Assembly (NCBI RefSeq): GCF_006345805.1
Contig: NC_042999.1
Location: 155,186,001-155,250,000 of the forward strand
Reading direction: 5' to 3'
Origin: Octopus sinensis
Lineage: Eukaryota
Length of the DNA stretch: 64,000 nt
Shown here: positions 40,111-53,630 of the stretch, in pieces
Layout: every line of letters begins with the position of its first letter
Position numbering within the stretch: the first letter of the stretch is position 1
The notes under the pieces: model-generated
The model's database searches: none
What the model saw: only the letters and a program-made list of their open reading frames with translations
Told to the model about the DNA's origin: nothing
Position numbers and translations under genes: made by a program

Positions 40111-40237
40111 ATCTTACAGCTGTTTCGGCCATGCAGATAAGGGTGTCTCATTTTACTTATATTAGCCATGTGTGATAGGTCAATATGTAGTTATAAATGA
40201 GACATTTACAAAAATATCCCAAGGCCTCTTCGGAGAT
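40111..40237 (-). ncRNA. Hammerhead motif with a core substitution (CCGAAGA), probably inactive
   Basis: Minus strand: ATCT-CCGAAGA-GGCC...GGCC-GAAAC-AGCT-GTA-AGAT. Confidence 0.65.
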
Positions 40238-41583
40238 TATGAAATACAAACCATATTCAATATTACAGTTTTTTAACTTAATATTATGATATTACAATGT
40301 AAAAAACATACACATATTAATACCCAAATGCAGATATACAGAGTCAAGAGTACATTATATTAATTTATATTAATTTACAAAATGTCATTAATGTTAACAT
40401 CATTACTATTATCATTACCACTAATGCTACCAATATCATTATTCTTATTATTAATAACACTAATACTAGCAAAACAATATATAGATCACATTATTAGCAA
40501 TATAATAGCAAAACCAAGGACCACAAGAGTACTATAGTACCATGCAAAGCATTAAATATCTGCATATACATACAAACTGAGAAATAAAAGCATTTGGTTT
40601 ACATGATATTAAGTTCCACAGGTGTATAGATGTACATACGAGTGCAAATTTATAATTTCAACTGTGACACAAATACAGTATTACGTTCAGAAATAGTTAA
40701 GAATCGAACGCTAAAATATGATTGGCTTGTACATTTAAATTTAAATTACAATTGTCTTCTTTACGGTTGGTTTGTTAAGAAATATCCACACACGCACACT
40801 TGCAAACGTGCGTCCACACGCACATACACAGACAAATCACAACATAAGAGATACCAGCCCACACACCACACACACACACACACATGCTTACATACAAATC
40901 TACTCACATATATCCATAAAAATCTTCTCTCCAAATATAATAACTGTATCAAGGAATTTCCAAAACACACACACACACCACACATACACGCACATCCGCA
41001 CATATCCATAAACATTTATACACTCGCATGCACTGTATCTGCAAACATTCGCATGTACATATATACATATTTAAGTATGCATTTGCGCACTCATACGTAT
41101 AAGAAAGACATATACACATATATCCACCCATGAATATATATATACATACAAAAACATACATATACATACATATACATATGAACACATTTCGACATATCCA
41201 CATATATTTACTAAATTACAAAATATATGTCTGCCCATCAAAGGACGTATAAATACATACACAATAAGTTAACAGAAATTACCATTAATTAAAATATAAG
41301 TAAATTAATTATAAATTAATAAGTGCTATTACTTAAAAAAATTAAATTAAATAAAAAAATTTTTTAAATAAAAACAAAAATAAATAAAACATTTTTAAAA
41401 AATAAATAAATAAATAAATAAAAATAAAAAATAAATAAATAAATAAATAGGAATATGCTCATCCAAAATAAACAACGTATACTAAATATAGACCCACATT
41501 TGTTACATATTGGTATAACAAAATCCCAAGCCATATATTGGTATAACAAATCCCAAAGATGAATGAATAAATAAATAAATAGA

Positions 41584-41614
<31 letters not shown>

Positions 41615-42316
41615 AAATTAAAAAAGCAAAAAAGTAAAAATAAAAAATGAAAATAAAAAATAAATAGATAAGAAAAAAAGAAAAAGAAAAAAATTATAAA
41701 TAAATAAATAAAAATAATAATAATAAAAATAAAAAATAAAAATAAAAAATAATAATAAATTTTTTTTAAATAAATAAATAAGAATAAATAAGAATGAATG
41801 AATAAATAAATAAATAAATAAAAAATAAAGAAAGAAAGAAAGAAAGAAAGAAAGAAGAAAAAAATAAATAAATAAATAGAAATATATATATATATATATA
41901 TAGATAAATAGATAAATAAAATAAAATACAAATTAAGATGAGTACAAAGATAAACTTAATATATAAGGCTGCCAAACAAATACATGCAAAAACTTATATG
42001 CTCATCCAAAATAAACAACGTATACTAAATATAGACCCACACTTTTTACATATTGGTATAACAAAATCCCTAACCAGCGCCCTAAGATATGATGCGCATA
42101 TACACCCTACACCCGTGGAAAACTCCGTGAAGATCAGAATATCATGTATATATCAAAATACATATATATTTCAGTATATTTTTCAAGCCGGGACAAAAAC
42201 AATCAATATAGAACATATATAAGGAGATACAAAATTATAAATTATAAATTATAAAGACCAATAGTACAATCCTATATAGAGGAATGTTAAAAGATTACTG
42301 GTAGACAAAATAGGTG

Positions 42317-43033
42317 CTATTTAAATCTAGAGAAAGTATACGCTAATTTGTGAAGGCAAAATTTATTCCGCTCGTTAATATCATTAATAATTGGTAGGCC
42401 AGCTTTGATGATGAAGAAAATTTCATTGATACATAAAGAGCATTTTTTATTTCTACTATTGTATACAGGTGCAGAAGTTAGTATTTCCCAGTTTAATTTA
42501 AAATCTATGTTCTTACTCTTGAGTTCCCAAATATACGTACTTAACCCCGTAGAATTCATCCTATTTTTATTTTTAAAAGTATATCTATGATAGTTTAGCC
42601 GTTGTTTCATACTATTTTTAGTCGCACCAATGTACATCCTAATGTTATATTGTGTATTTACAGTGCATTGATAAACTACCTCTTTCCTCAGGCATTCATT
42701 ACTAAACACACATTGATTCCTGTTTCTGCAATTGCAGTTATTAACAGATTGAGGAAATTTAACCTTGGCAAAATTCCCTGTATCCCTATTCCTATTAATA
42801 GTATTACACCTATTTTCACTACCTAATCCTAAATTTAACGAGAGTTTATGTTTAATATTATTGGTGATATTCTTATCAATAGGATTACTATTGCGGATAG
42901 CAGTATCATCCATTAGATTAATATTTGTCGTTACAGGTGTAGTACTATTATAACTAGCGTGAGGGTTGCTCACGTTCGCACTAATAGATTTATTGCCTCT
43001 ACGGTAATAGGGAGGCAAATTACTACTACCCAA
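42317..43033 (-). mobile_element. Open 238 aa ORF ending in a Penelope-like GIY-YIG endonuclease
   Basis: CNCRNRNQC..C..VVYQC...YIG...KQR..H...STGLSTYIWELK...WEI...CSLC..E...CLH motifs. Confidence 0.85.
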
Positions 43034-43203
43034 ATTTATCTTTCTATCATTATAGAAGCAATCTAATTTCCTGTTATTAAAGGAGGAACTGATGGTGCTA
43101 CTAAATTATGCGTATGCTCTATCCTATTCTATAGTTTTATGTTTTAATTATTTGGCCAAATTTTTCTTACCCTAACAAAGTTCCTATATAATAAATTATG
43201 TAT

Positions 43204-43235
<32 letters not shown>

Positions 43236-43675
43236 AGCGCAGGAGTGCCTGTGGGGTAAGAAACTTGCTTCCCAACCACTTGGTTCCGGGTTCAGTCCCA
43301 CAGCGTGGAAGCTTGAGAAAGTGTCTTGTAGTATGGCCTCGGGCTGACCAAAGACTTGTGAATGGATTTAGCGGATAGAAACTGATAGAAAAAGATAGAA
43401 AAAGCCCGTCGTATATGTATGTGTGTGTGTGTATGCGTGTGTGTATGTGGATAGATGGATGGATCGATCGATTTGTGTGTCTGTGTTTCTCCCCCACCCC
43501 CACCACCACCACCATCGCTTGACAAACGATGGAGGTGTGTTTACGTCCTCGTAACTTAACGGTTCAGCAAAAGAGACAGACTGAATAAGTACAAGATTTA
43601 CAAAGAATAAGTCCAGGGGTCGTTTTATTCGACTATAGGCGGTGCTGCAGCATGGCCGCAGTCAACTGACTGAAG
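43236..43675 (+). mobile_element. tRNA-derived CORE-like SINE; other copies at about 9236 (-), 20452 (-), 56161 and 62500
   Basis: gcgcaggagtg..tgg head, gttccgggttcagtccca B-box-like motif, ccttgggcaagtg CORE-like motif (clearest in the 62500 copy) and an internal microsatellite. Confidence 0.7.
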
Positions 43676-43715
<40 letters not shown>

Positions 43716-43767
43716 GGTCCAACATGGCCGAAACAATTAAAAGAAAAGTGTATATATATATATATAT

Positions 43768-46710
43768 GATTATTAGTATGTTCAGTATATTAGGGCTAGT
43801 ATGTATTATTCAAGTGTGTATAATTGTATACATATAATTGGTGTGAATGGGATTACTCCCTTTTTTTTTTTTTTTTTTTTTTTATTTTTTATTTTTTTTT
43901 TTTTTATTATTTTTAGGGGATGTATGTGTTTATTTATCCATGTGGGGCTGGAGTGGCCGTTAGGTGCATATGCTGAGGCTCACATGCAAACCCAAATACA
44001 ACGAATGAAGTGGGCACTTATAATTGTTATGGGTGTGTACTTTATTATAAAAGACAATACCCAAATAAAATCTGTCAATTCAACATACAAATAAAAACAA
44101 AAAACAAAGGGATCTTAAACATTCACACATACATACAAAACTCAATAAAAACACCACTAAATAACACCCAAAACATATAAATATATCCTCAAAATACAAT
44201 AACAAATGCAAAATAAAAATACATAATAAAATAAAATAAATAAAAATAAAAATAAAAAAATAAAAAAATCTAATATAAATTATTAAAGTTTTAACGTACC
44301 ATAAACTACGACTGCTAAATTAATATACATTAAAAATGAACTAATTAAAACAAAGAAATATCAATAAGACAAACTATAATTAAATCCTAGACAACATAAC
44401 CAAAAATATATCATCTAAACTAATTTAAACTAAACTAAAATAACCTAAAAGGGAACTATTATTGCTATTTATCATGAAATTATTATATAAGTAAAGTAAC
44501 TTGTGTCTACATTTTATTTTGCGCTCCTCCCCAGTATTAAGTAAATTATCATACTTATAAAATAAAATTTCTTTAAATCATTAGAGCATAAATAACAACA
44601 ATTAGCTCCTATATTATATGATTTAGTTTTAACAAATTATTTCCCATATAAATATAATTAATATTAGTGATTTAAGACTCCAAATATACTTACTAAGTCC
44701 GGTTGAGTTGATTAAGTTTTTATTTTTATTTTTAAAAGAATTCATATGTTGTGCAATTCTTAGTTTTATTTTTGAGGAAGTAGAACCTATATAAACCGCT
44801 TTTGTGTAATTATTATTCTTAAAGTTATTATATGTAATGTAACTATACCTTTTATACACTACATCGTTAATATCACAATTATTATTTAATATACAATTAG
44901 ATTTATCTCTAATGTACAATTAATATAAGTCTTATCATTAATAATAAGAATATTAAATTTTTATAATATTAGCGATAATGATTTAATGATATTTTTTCGA
45001 GATACTTCTAATAATAATATATATTTTGTTACGTTTAGTGGTATAAATAATAGATATTAAAAAAAAAATAATAAAAATGATAAAAATATAAATAAGAATA
45101 ATAATAATAATAATAAAAATATAATAATAATAATATAAATAAGAATAATATAAATAAAATAAATTTAATAATTATTATAATAATTATATTGATAAATTTA
45201 ATAATATTAATAATTCCTTAAATGCTGTACATAGATATAATTCTGATAATAATTTTAATTAAAATAAAGAATTATAAATATATTTATAATAATGATAATA
45301 ATAATAAGGTTAATAAGAATAAATTTGGTTAATAGTTCCTTATGGAGATCAAGTAAAACGAATATTATTAAAGAGTTTAGATGTTATAGAACTATTTATT
45401 AGAGATAATCGTAAATATAGAAACATTTTCTTTTAATAATTTTGGAGTTGGTTACTCTACCACTAATAATGTTGGTAACATTATTTCTTCATTTAATAAA
45501 TATAAACTGAATAATTTTTATAAAAAGAAATTATTTGATAATAATATTAATAATGATAAGACTTATATTAATTGTACATGTAGAGATAAATCTAATTGTA
45601 TATTAAATAATAATTGTGATATTAACGATGTAGTGTATAAATGTATAGTTACATTACATGATATAACTTTAAGAATAATAATTACACAAAAGCGGTTTAT
45701 ATAGGTTCTACTTCCTCAAAAATAAAACTAAGAATTGCACAACATATGAATTCTTTTTAAAATAAAAACTTAATCAACTCAACCGGACTTAGTAAGTATA
45801 TTTGGAGTCTTAAATCACTAAATATTAATTATAGTTTAATATGGGAAATAATTTGTAAAACTAAATCATATAATATAGGAGCTAATTGTTGTTATTTATG
45901 CTCTAATGAGTTTAAAGAAATTTTATTTTATAAGTATGATAATTTACTTAATACTGGGGAGGAGCGCAAAATAAAATGTAGACACAAGTTACTTTACTTA
46001 TATAATAAGTTTCATGATAAATAGCAATAATAGTCCCTTTTAGGTTATTTTAGTTTAGTTTAAATTAGTTTAGATGATATATTTTTGGTTATGTTGTCTA
46101 GGATTTAATTATAGTTAGTCTTTATTGATATTTCTTTGTTTTAATTAGTTCATTTTTAATGTATATTAATTTAGCAGTTTATGGTACGTTAAAACTTTAA
46201 TAATTTTATATAGATTTTTTTATTTTTTATTTTTTTATTTTTTATTTATTTTATTTTATTATGTATTTTATTTTGCATTTGTTATATGTATTTTGAGGAT
46301 ATATTTATATGTTTTTGGTGTTATTTAGTGGTGTTTTATTGAGTTTTGTATGTATGTGTGAATGTTTAAGATCCCTTTGTTTTTTGTTTTATTTGTATGT
46401 TGAATTGACAGATTTTATTTGGGTATTGTCTTTTATAATAAAGTACACACCCATAACAATTATAAGTGCCCACTTCATTCGTTGTACTTGGGTTTGCATG
46501 TGAGCCTCAGCATATGCACCTAACGGCCACTCCAGCCCCACATGGATAAATAAACACATACATCCCCTAAAAAATAAAAAAAAATAAAAATAAAAATAAA
46601 AAAAAAAAAAAAAAAAAAAGGGTAATCCCATTCACACCAATTATATGTATACAATTATACACACTTGAATAATACATACTAGCCCTAATATACTGAACAT
46701 ACTAATAATC
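43768..46710. repeat. 2.9 kb palindrome: arms of about 1.17 kb (43768-44945 and 45545-46710) around an AT-rich spacer of about 600 bp
   Basis: gattattagtatgttcag at 43768 is mirrored by ctgaacatactaataatc at 46710. Both arms carry a degraded GIY-YIG coding remnant (44629-44919 minus, about 45570-45860 plus). Confidence 0.9.
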
Positions 46711-47199
46711 ACCAACTAACCACCATCACAAATGAAACCCACACCCATACAATGACAAAACTCCCCCATACCCTATTTACACCTACATAGTAATCCCAAT
46801 ATATTCTTCCATACATGGACGCAAGTGCGTGAAGCACATGAACATAATTAGTACGTACAACCCCTAATACACACTAATATATACGTATCAAGCTCGACCT
46901 CCACAGTGATAAGTTTACACACAATCACACCCAGATGGGTGAATTGCACAACCAGTGAATGCTCACACATACGGGCGCGATTACATTGTTGCATATATCG
47001 AGCCAAAATAGTATGCATATGTACATGTGAGGGGTACACGTAAATGAAGTGAGCGTGTACCCCCTGTATTTATACCCGTGCGTGAATATACACATGGAGA
47101 CTACCACACAGGTACAAATGTGTTTAGAAATGGAACCCCATCACTACACTTAATGTATACTCTCACCCATCCGCACGGATGTGTAAGTGTATCTCCGGT

Positions 47200-49190
47200 G
47201 TATATGTTGAGGCTTATATGTAGAGTTGTTGTAGGGAACGTCGTTGAAATTGTGAATGAATGGGTAGAGTTGGGAATTGTAACCGAGTGGTGGACTAGTG
47301 TTGCTTGGAATTGTGAATGGATTAGGGTGGTAATGAGGTAGGCATTGAGTATGGGTTACTGTAAGTTGTTTGTTAGAGTTGCTAGGGTGAGCTAAAGCTC
47401 ATAATGTATATAATTGATTTTTCATGATAGTTTTTAAAGAATCCATTCATAATAAATTTTTTTTAAGTAGCGTTGTTTGCTACGTGGAAATAGTTTTTAG
47501 TTCCATTTATTATATTTCTCCATTCATACTATGAATGACGTTTACTTTCTATGGCGCGTATTCTTTTTTTACATTAGTTATTTCCATGGTAACGTAATTT
47601 TGTTTGGTTTTTTAACGGCTAAAAATCTAATTTCACTTCATAATTTGTAACTGAATTGTAAGTATGTATTTGATTTATCCTTATGTCATAATGTTATTTT
47701 TGATATTCTGGTTAATTACGATGTATTTATTGTTGTTTTCATAAGAGTGTTTATGTATATGAGATTGGTTGTGAGTTTTTAATTGTATAATTAATTTATT
47801 TATCTGTATGAGTGTGGGTGTAAATATTGTTGTATATATCGAGTTTTAGTGAGTATGTATATGCGTATATGTGAGGGAGCATATGTATCTGTTGTGTGTG
47901 TGTGTGTTTTGCGTGTGTGTGTGTTTGTGTGTGAATGTGTATTTGGTTTGTTATTTAGGATTTGGGATGTATGTGTTATTTGTCTGGTGGGGAGGGGGAG
48001 TGGTTTTTGGTGTATATTGAGGTTTATAAGTTAGTATAGGTTTGTGTATAAGTCTTGGGTCTGTGGTTTACGTGTGGGTTTTTGTGTGTGAATGTTTAGG
48101 TTAGGGGGATTGCTATATAAGTTTGTTATAGGGTTTAGCAAAGGGAGATTTTATCGTTATATGCTTTTATGAGTTTTGGTTTATCATGGTTTTTTTTAGG
48201 TAATTCGTGGTATTTTGTATATTTTAGGTGTTGGTTATTTTTTTACATTGTTTCATTCATAATTTTTGAGTGGTGTTCGTTTTGCCACGTGAATAACCGG
48301 GTGGTGGACTAGCGTTGCTTGGAATGTGAATGGAATAGTGTAGTAGTGAGGTAGGCATAGAGAATGGGATTGGGTTACTGCAAGTTGTTTGTTAGAGATG
48401 CTAAGGTGAGTTAAAGCTCATAAATGTATATAATGTTTTTGTGGGTGTGTAAGTATTGTTGTATATGTCGAGTTTAGTGAGTATGTATAGGCGTATATGT
48501 GAGGGAGTATATGTATCTTTTGTGTGTGAGTGTTTTGCGTGTGAGTGTGTGTTTGTGTGTGAATGTGTATATGGGTTTGTTATTTAGGTTTTGGGGGATG
48601 TATGTGTTAATTTGTCTGTGTGGGGAGGGAGTGGGTTTTGGTGTATATTGAGGTTTATAAGTTAGTATAGGTATGTGTATAAGTCGTGAGTCTGTGGTTT
48701 ATGTGTGTGTTTGTTGTGTGAATGTTTAGGTTAGGGGGTTTACTTTATAGGTTGTTATAGAGTTTAGCAAAGGGAGATTTTATCGTTATATGTTTTTAGA
48801 GTTTTGTTTTATCATGGTTTTTTTAGGGAATTCGTGGTAATTAGTCTATATTTTCGATATGGATTATATATAGGTTATATATGGATTATATACTTATATT
48901 TTTTCATTTATACTTTAATTATTTAAAAGTATTATTTTTATATTTTAAAATTTTGATTTTTAGATTGGAAGTCCACCTGAAGATTGTCGATCAAGACAAG
49001 AAACGATTGTAGTGGCGGTTTTTTTGACTATTTATTAAATTTTATGTATTGATTAAGTCTTTCCTTGTTTGTTTTGCAAAATAGTGGTTTTGTCTCAAAT
49101 AATATTTTATAATATTTTACTATAAAATTGGATTTAATCCTAAATCTGATTTTTTTTCCCTGTAAATTGGATATATTCCCTAATTTTATT
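47200..49190 (+). mobile_element. G/T-rich, C-depleted Penelope-like terminal region with direct repeats and a hammerhead
   Basis: 47230-47400 is repeated at 48295-48420, and 47810-48240 at 48440-48850. Its distal part is the reverse complement of part of 16240-17880. Confidence 0.6.
48973..49015 (+). ncRNA. Minimal type I hammerhead ribozyme motif (copy of 16352-16394)
   Basis: CCAC-CTGAAGA-TTGTC gatcaa GACAA-GAAAC-GATT-GTA-GTGG. Confidence 0.8.
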
Positions 49191-49321
49191 TTATTATAAT
49201 ATATATATAGTATATATATATACTACCTATAATATATATATATATCTATATATATATAAAATGAGATAGGGGTTGAAAATTCAACCCCCACCATGGGATA
49301 ATATTATTCAATAAATTTAAT

Positions 49322-49431
49322 TCTCTGAAGAGGCCGTGGGGCATCCTTGTAATGCCTCATTTATACCTGCCTTTATGGCTTATAGGTTGAAATGAGGTAT
49401 GACTGCCCTCACTGCCGAAACAGCTGTCAGA
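49322..49431 (+). ncRNA. Type I hammerhead ribozyme motif with extended helix II and GUC site
   Basis: TCT-CTGAAGA-GGCcGTGGGGCA...TGCCCTCACtGCC-GAAAC-AGCT-GTC-AGA, with an inner stem atgcctcattt/aaatgaggtat. Confidence 0.8.
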
Positions 49432-49745
49432 TTTGATTTAATTCATATTATATTTGAAATTTTATACTAATATCTCTTGTCTATTTACTCTTTCTGTATA
49501 TTTTGTATAATGCCTTGTGCTGATAGTAATGGTGTATTAAAGTATTGATTGGGTATAATCTGATAGTTGATGTTTTATTGATTAAGTATGTTTCTCCATT
49601 CTCTAATTTTGTAGTTATATATATTATATAATATATTTATTTTATAGAAGGAGCTTCTACAGGAAGTAATATGAATATTTCTTTTACTGTGGTTAACCCC
49701 GACTCAACCCGGGACCTACACACACATATATATATATTATATATG

Positions 49746-49798
<53 letters not shown>

Positions 49799-50041
49799 GA
49801 CATGATGATGATGATGATGATGATGTTTTCTCAATCATTCTGCGTAAATACAAACCCTTTTCTCTGGTATATCCTTGTGGTGTGTTCTCATCTCTCACCC
49901 TTGTGCCACATAAAGAAATTGTCCACCCCTCCTCCTCCACGTCTTCTTTGTCGTCCTCATCATCACCAGCAGCAGCAACATCTCCATCCTCATTATCATT
50001 ATTTTATTGCATGCGTTTATTTTTCTTTTTTTTCGTTTCAG

Positions 50042-50161
50042 ACATCAATGAATGTGAAGAAGTCCATGATTGTCATGAGAAGGCCAACTGTACCAATCTG
50101 GAAGGATCTTACAACTGTACCTGCTTTCCAGGACTAAATGGCAATGGCATTAATTGTACAT
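50042..50161 (+). CDS. Calcium-binding EGF exon E: DINECEEVHDCHEKANCTNLEGSYNCTCFPGLNGNGINCT
   Basis: tttcag/gtaagt boundaries, 120 nt, cbEGF consensus. Confidence 0.92.
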
Positions 50162-50260
50162 GTAAGTATATATGACCATTACTATTTCATATACGCGCAG
50201 CAGATTAAACTGTTGGAAAAGAAAAATTCATAACATCGGAATTATTATTATTATTATTAT

Positions 50261-50291
<31 letters not shown>

Positions 50292-50566
50292 GGTGGTGGT
50301 GGTGATGGTGGTAGTAGTAGTAGTAGTAGTAGTAGCAGCAGCAGCAGTAGAGATGGTGGTGGTGGTGGTGGTAGTAGTAGTAGTAGTATTTTTTCCTTCT
50401 TTCTTCAAGTTTTCTTCCGTTTCACGCCGAGTGTTTTCCGTACACCAAGGGCAGAGAAGCTCATTGTATGCATTCCCAAAATAAAAAAGGAAATTCACAG
50501 GCAACATATGTATATAAAAAAATTGATAAATAATTAAATTTATGAATGGATGTTGTTTTCACAGTG

Positions 50567-50615
<49 letters not shown>

Positions 50616-51196
50616 TACTATTATTATTATCATTATTGAGTGAGAGAGCAGTGCATGCCATCAAAGTGAGACTGAAGTAAAATATTCAAAGCCCAGTATA
50701 CCCATCAGTATACCCGTCTGATAAGGGTACACTAGGCACATGCATCACAACGATATGTGCGCGACATGGTGATCTCATATCAAGATAAACAGCACATGAC
50801 ATTGCAGGTGGGGCCCAGTTAGAATTTTCTTCTGGTCGAGTAGCCCATCCCGCTCAAAAGGTCCCTGAATAAGGGTTGTTTAAGTATATTGAACAAAAGT
50901 CCCATATTTCCAGAGGTGAATTATTCAAACCCCCAAAGAATTCTTCTTAACACATGGCTATGAAGCTCCTCCGCTACTTCTGCTCATAATCGGAGATGCA
51001 CATATCGTCAGCCACTAAGGGACATGCTCAACTGGTTATGGTCAAGCAACTGACAAGCAAATCTGTATTATTGAGCAGAATATTTGCTGTAACCTATCGT
51101 TTATACCAAGACAAAACAATGTACATGATAACACTTCCAATCATTTAAGATCAGAAACCATGAGGGCATGTGCTTGTACTGGATCAGGACATTATT

Positions 51197-51235
<39 letters not shown>

Positions 51236-51239
51236 ATAG

Positions 51240-51700
51240 ACGTCGCACAGTATACAATATCGTGAGGTTGTTGATCGCAGATATTGCGTCTACCAGGAGG
51301 TCAGTTTTGTTTATCAAGTCACAGAACAAAGACCTCAGACAGACAGTACTTTATGCAATATGCATGCAGTTCCAAGTAATGTCAACTTTTACAATACCCC
51401 TAGATCGTAGGGTATTTCTAAAGTTTCCAGATGCTTCTTCAGATTGGATGGTACTGAACCCAATACTCCGATGACAATAGGGACAACCTTTATGTTTGAC
51501 TCTCGAAGCTGCCACATCTTAGCGATCCCAATTCTCAGGTCTCCATATTTATCAACCTTTTCTCTTTCTTTCATGATGATATGCTGATCTCCTGGCACTG
51601 CCACATCAATTATTGAGCAGTTTTGTTTGTCCCTCTTAAAGGTTACTATATCCGGCCTTCGGTGCTCTAATACCTTGTCTGTCAATAAAAAATACAGACT
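51240..51700 (-). mobile_element. 3' end of an R4/Dong-like RLE LINE with an (AAC)n/(AAT)n tail
   Basis: TDKVLEHRRPDIV...IIDVAVPGD...EREKVDKYGDL...VVPIVIGVLGSV, with the triplet tail at 51192-51236. Confidence 0.8.
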
Positions 51701-52400
51701 CCTATAAAAAAAAAATAGACACCACCCACGCAAACAGCTCCCCCAAAACACCAATACCATCACTATCTCCAGAATCTCCCGAACGCAAACAATCTAAACA
51801 AGAACAGACACTCACACAAACATCTAAAACTGTAGAGACCACACTCACAGCACACACAGACATAACAGAAACATCAAGACCATCACCACTATAGTCAGGC
51901 AAACAAATTAAACAACACCAACACAAAACACCCAACTTCGTACTCATCAGAAAGGAGAACGAAGAACTGATGGCACTCGTAACGCAAAACACGGTATTTG
52001 AAACAGGCGGTGGGGGGGGGTAATATTCTTGTATCAAGTAATGGATGAACACATTAAAAACAAAATCAAATTCATAGAGCAGGACAAAATCAAAAATAGT
52101 ATTTCAATTTTTTCCCTTTCCTTAATAGTATGAGAAAGATCTGGTTCTTATTTCTTGCAAATAGATTAACCACACAGTTGTTCAATTAGCTCATTTGTTG
52201 ATGTGCATAAGTAAGCAAAAACTAAGACACCCTCCCCATATTTATATATATATATATATATATAACATATAAACAAGGGCAAAAGAAAAATAATTTCCAA
52301 TGCCCTTGTTTATAAGTTGTTTATAAATTTAACCTTTAAAGGTATTTTTTAACATGCTGGACAGTGATAAAAATTTTTTTGGAAAATTGTTATCCTATAT

Positions 52401-52499
<99 letters not shown>

Positions 52500-53129
52500 T
52501 GTGTGTGTGTGTGTGTTTTGAAATTCCTTGATACAGTTATTATATTTGGAGAGAAGATTTTTTTCAAAGAGTTAAAATTGATAAAAACAACCCTTTTAGA
52601 AAGTCGAAAGACACTAACCTTTGGGAAGCAATTTCACAAAATGTCCGTGGCTTTTGCTTTTATAGATGTGCGCTTACATACATTTTGTGAAATCTCTTCA
52701 CAAAGGTTAGTGTCTTTCTAAAAAGGTTTTTTTCTCAATATTAACACATTGAGAAAAAAAATCTTCTCTCAATATTTATATACATATATTTGAATGCTTG
52801 TATGTGTGTATGTGTGTGCGTCTACAGAGCAGGACAGAGAGGAAATGAGAGAGATGACAGCATGAAACTCTTTTCGGAGTTGCTAATAGGTATTTGAATT
52901 TGTTTTAATTATAAAATTACACCTCTATCGACCCCGAAAGGATGAAAGGTAAAGTCGACCACGACAGAATTTGAACTCAGAACGTGCTAACGATTCTGCC
53001 AGCTCGCCACCTTTAAATGTCACAATATAGAAACATTTCTTATGGCACCAGCACACAATTTACAGAAGCTTGCATTCTTCATATTGTCCGTGAATTTTTC
53101 ACGGGTCCAGCTAGTTATTATTAATGTCA

Positions 53130-53630
53130 TTTCACCCGTCGTTACGTTCTGAGTTCAAATTCCGCCGAATTTGCCTTTCATCCTTCCGGGGTCGATAAAT
53201 TGAGTACCAATTGCGTACTGGGGTCGATCTAATCGACTGGCCCCCTCCCCAAAATTTCGGATCTTGTGCCTAGAGTAGAAAAGAATATCATTTCGCCCGT
53301 CGCTACGTTCTGAGTTCAAATTCCGCCGAGGTCGACTTTGCCTTTTATCCTTCCTGGGTCGATGAAATAAGTACCAATTGCGTACTGGGGTCGATCTAAT
53401 CGACTGGCCCACCCCCCAAAATTTCGGATCTTGCGCCTAGAGTAGAAAAGAATATCATTTCGCCCGTCGCTACGTTCTGAGTTCAAATTCCACCGAGGTC
53501 GACTTTGCCTTTTATCCTTTCTGGGTCGATGAAATAAGTACCTGTGAAACACTGGGGTCAATGTAATCGACTACCCCCTCCCAAAAAATTTCAGGACTTG
53601 TACCTATAGTAGAAAGGATTATTATTATTA
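53130..53630 (+). mobile_element. Tandem array of 3 head-truncated SINE units
   Basis: Repeated cgcccgtcgctacgttctgagttcaaattcc...agtagaaaagaatatcattt units. Confidence 0.8.
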
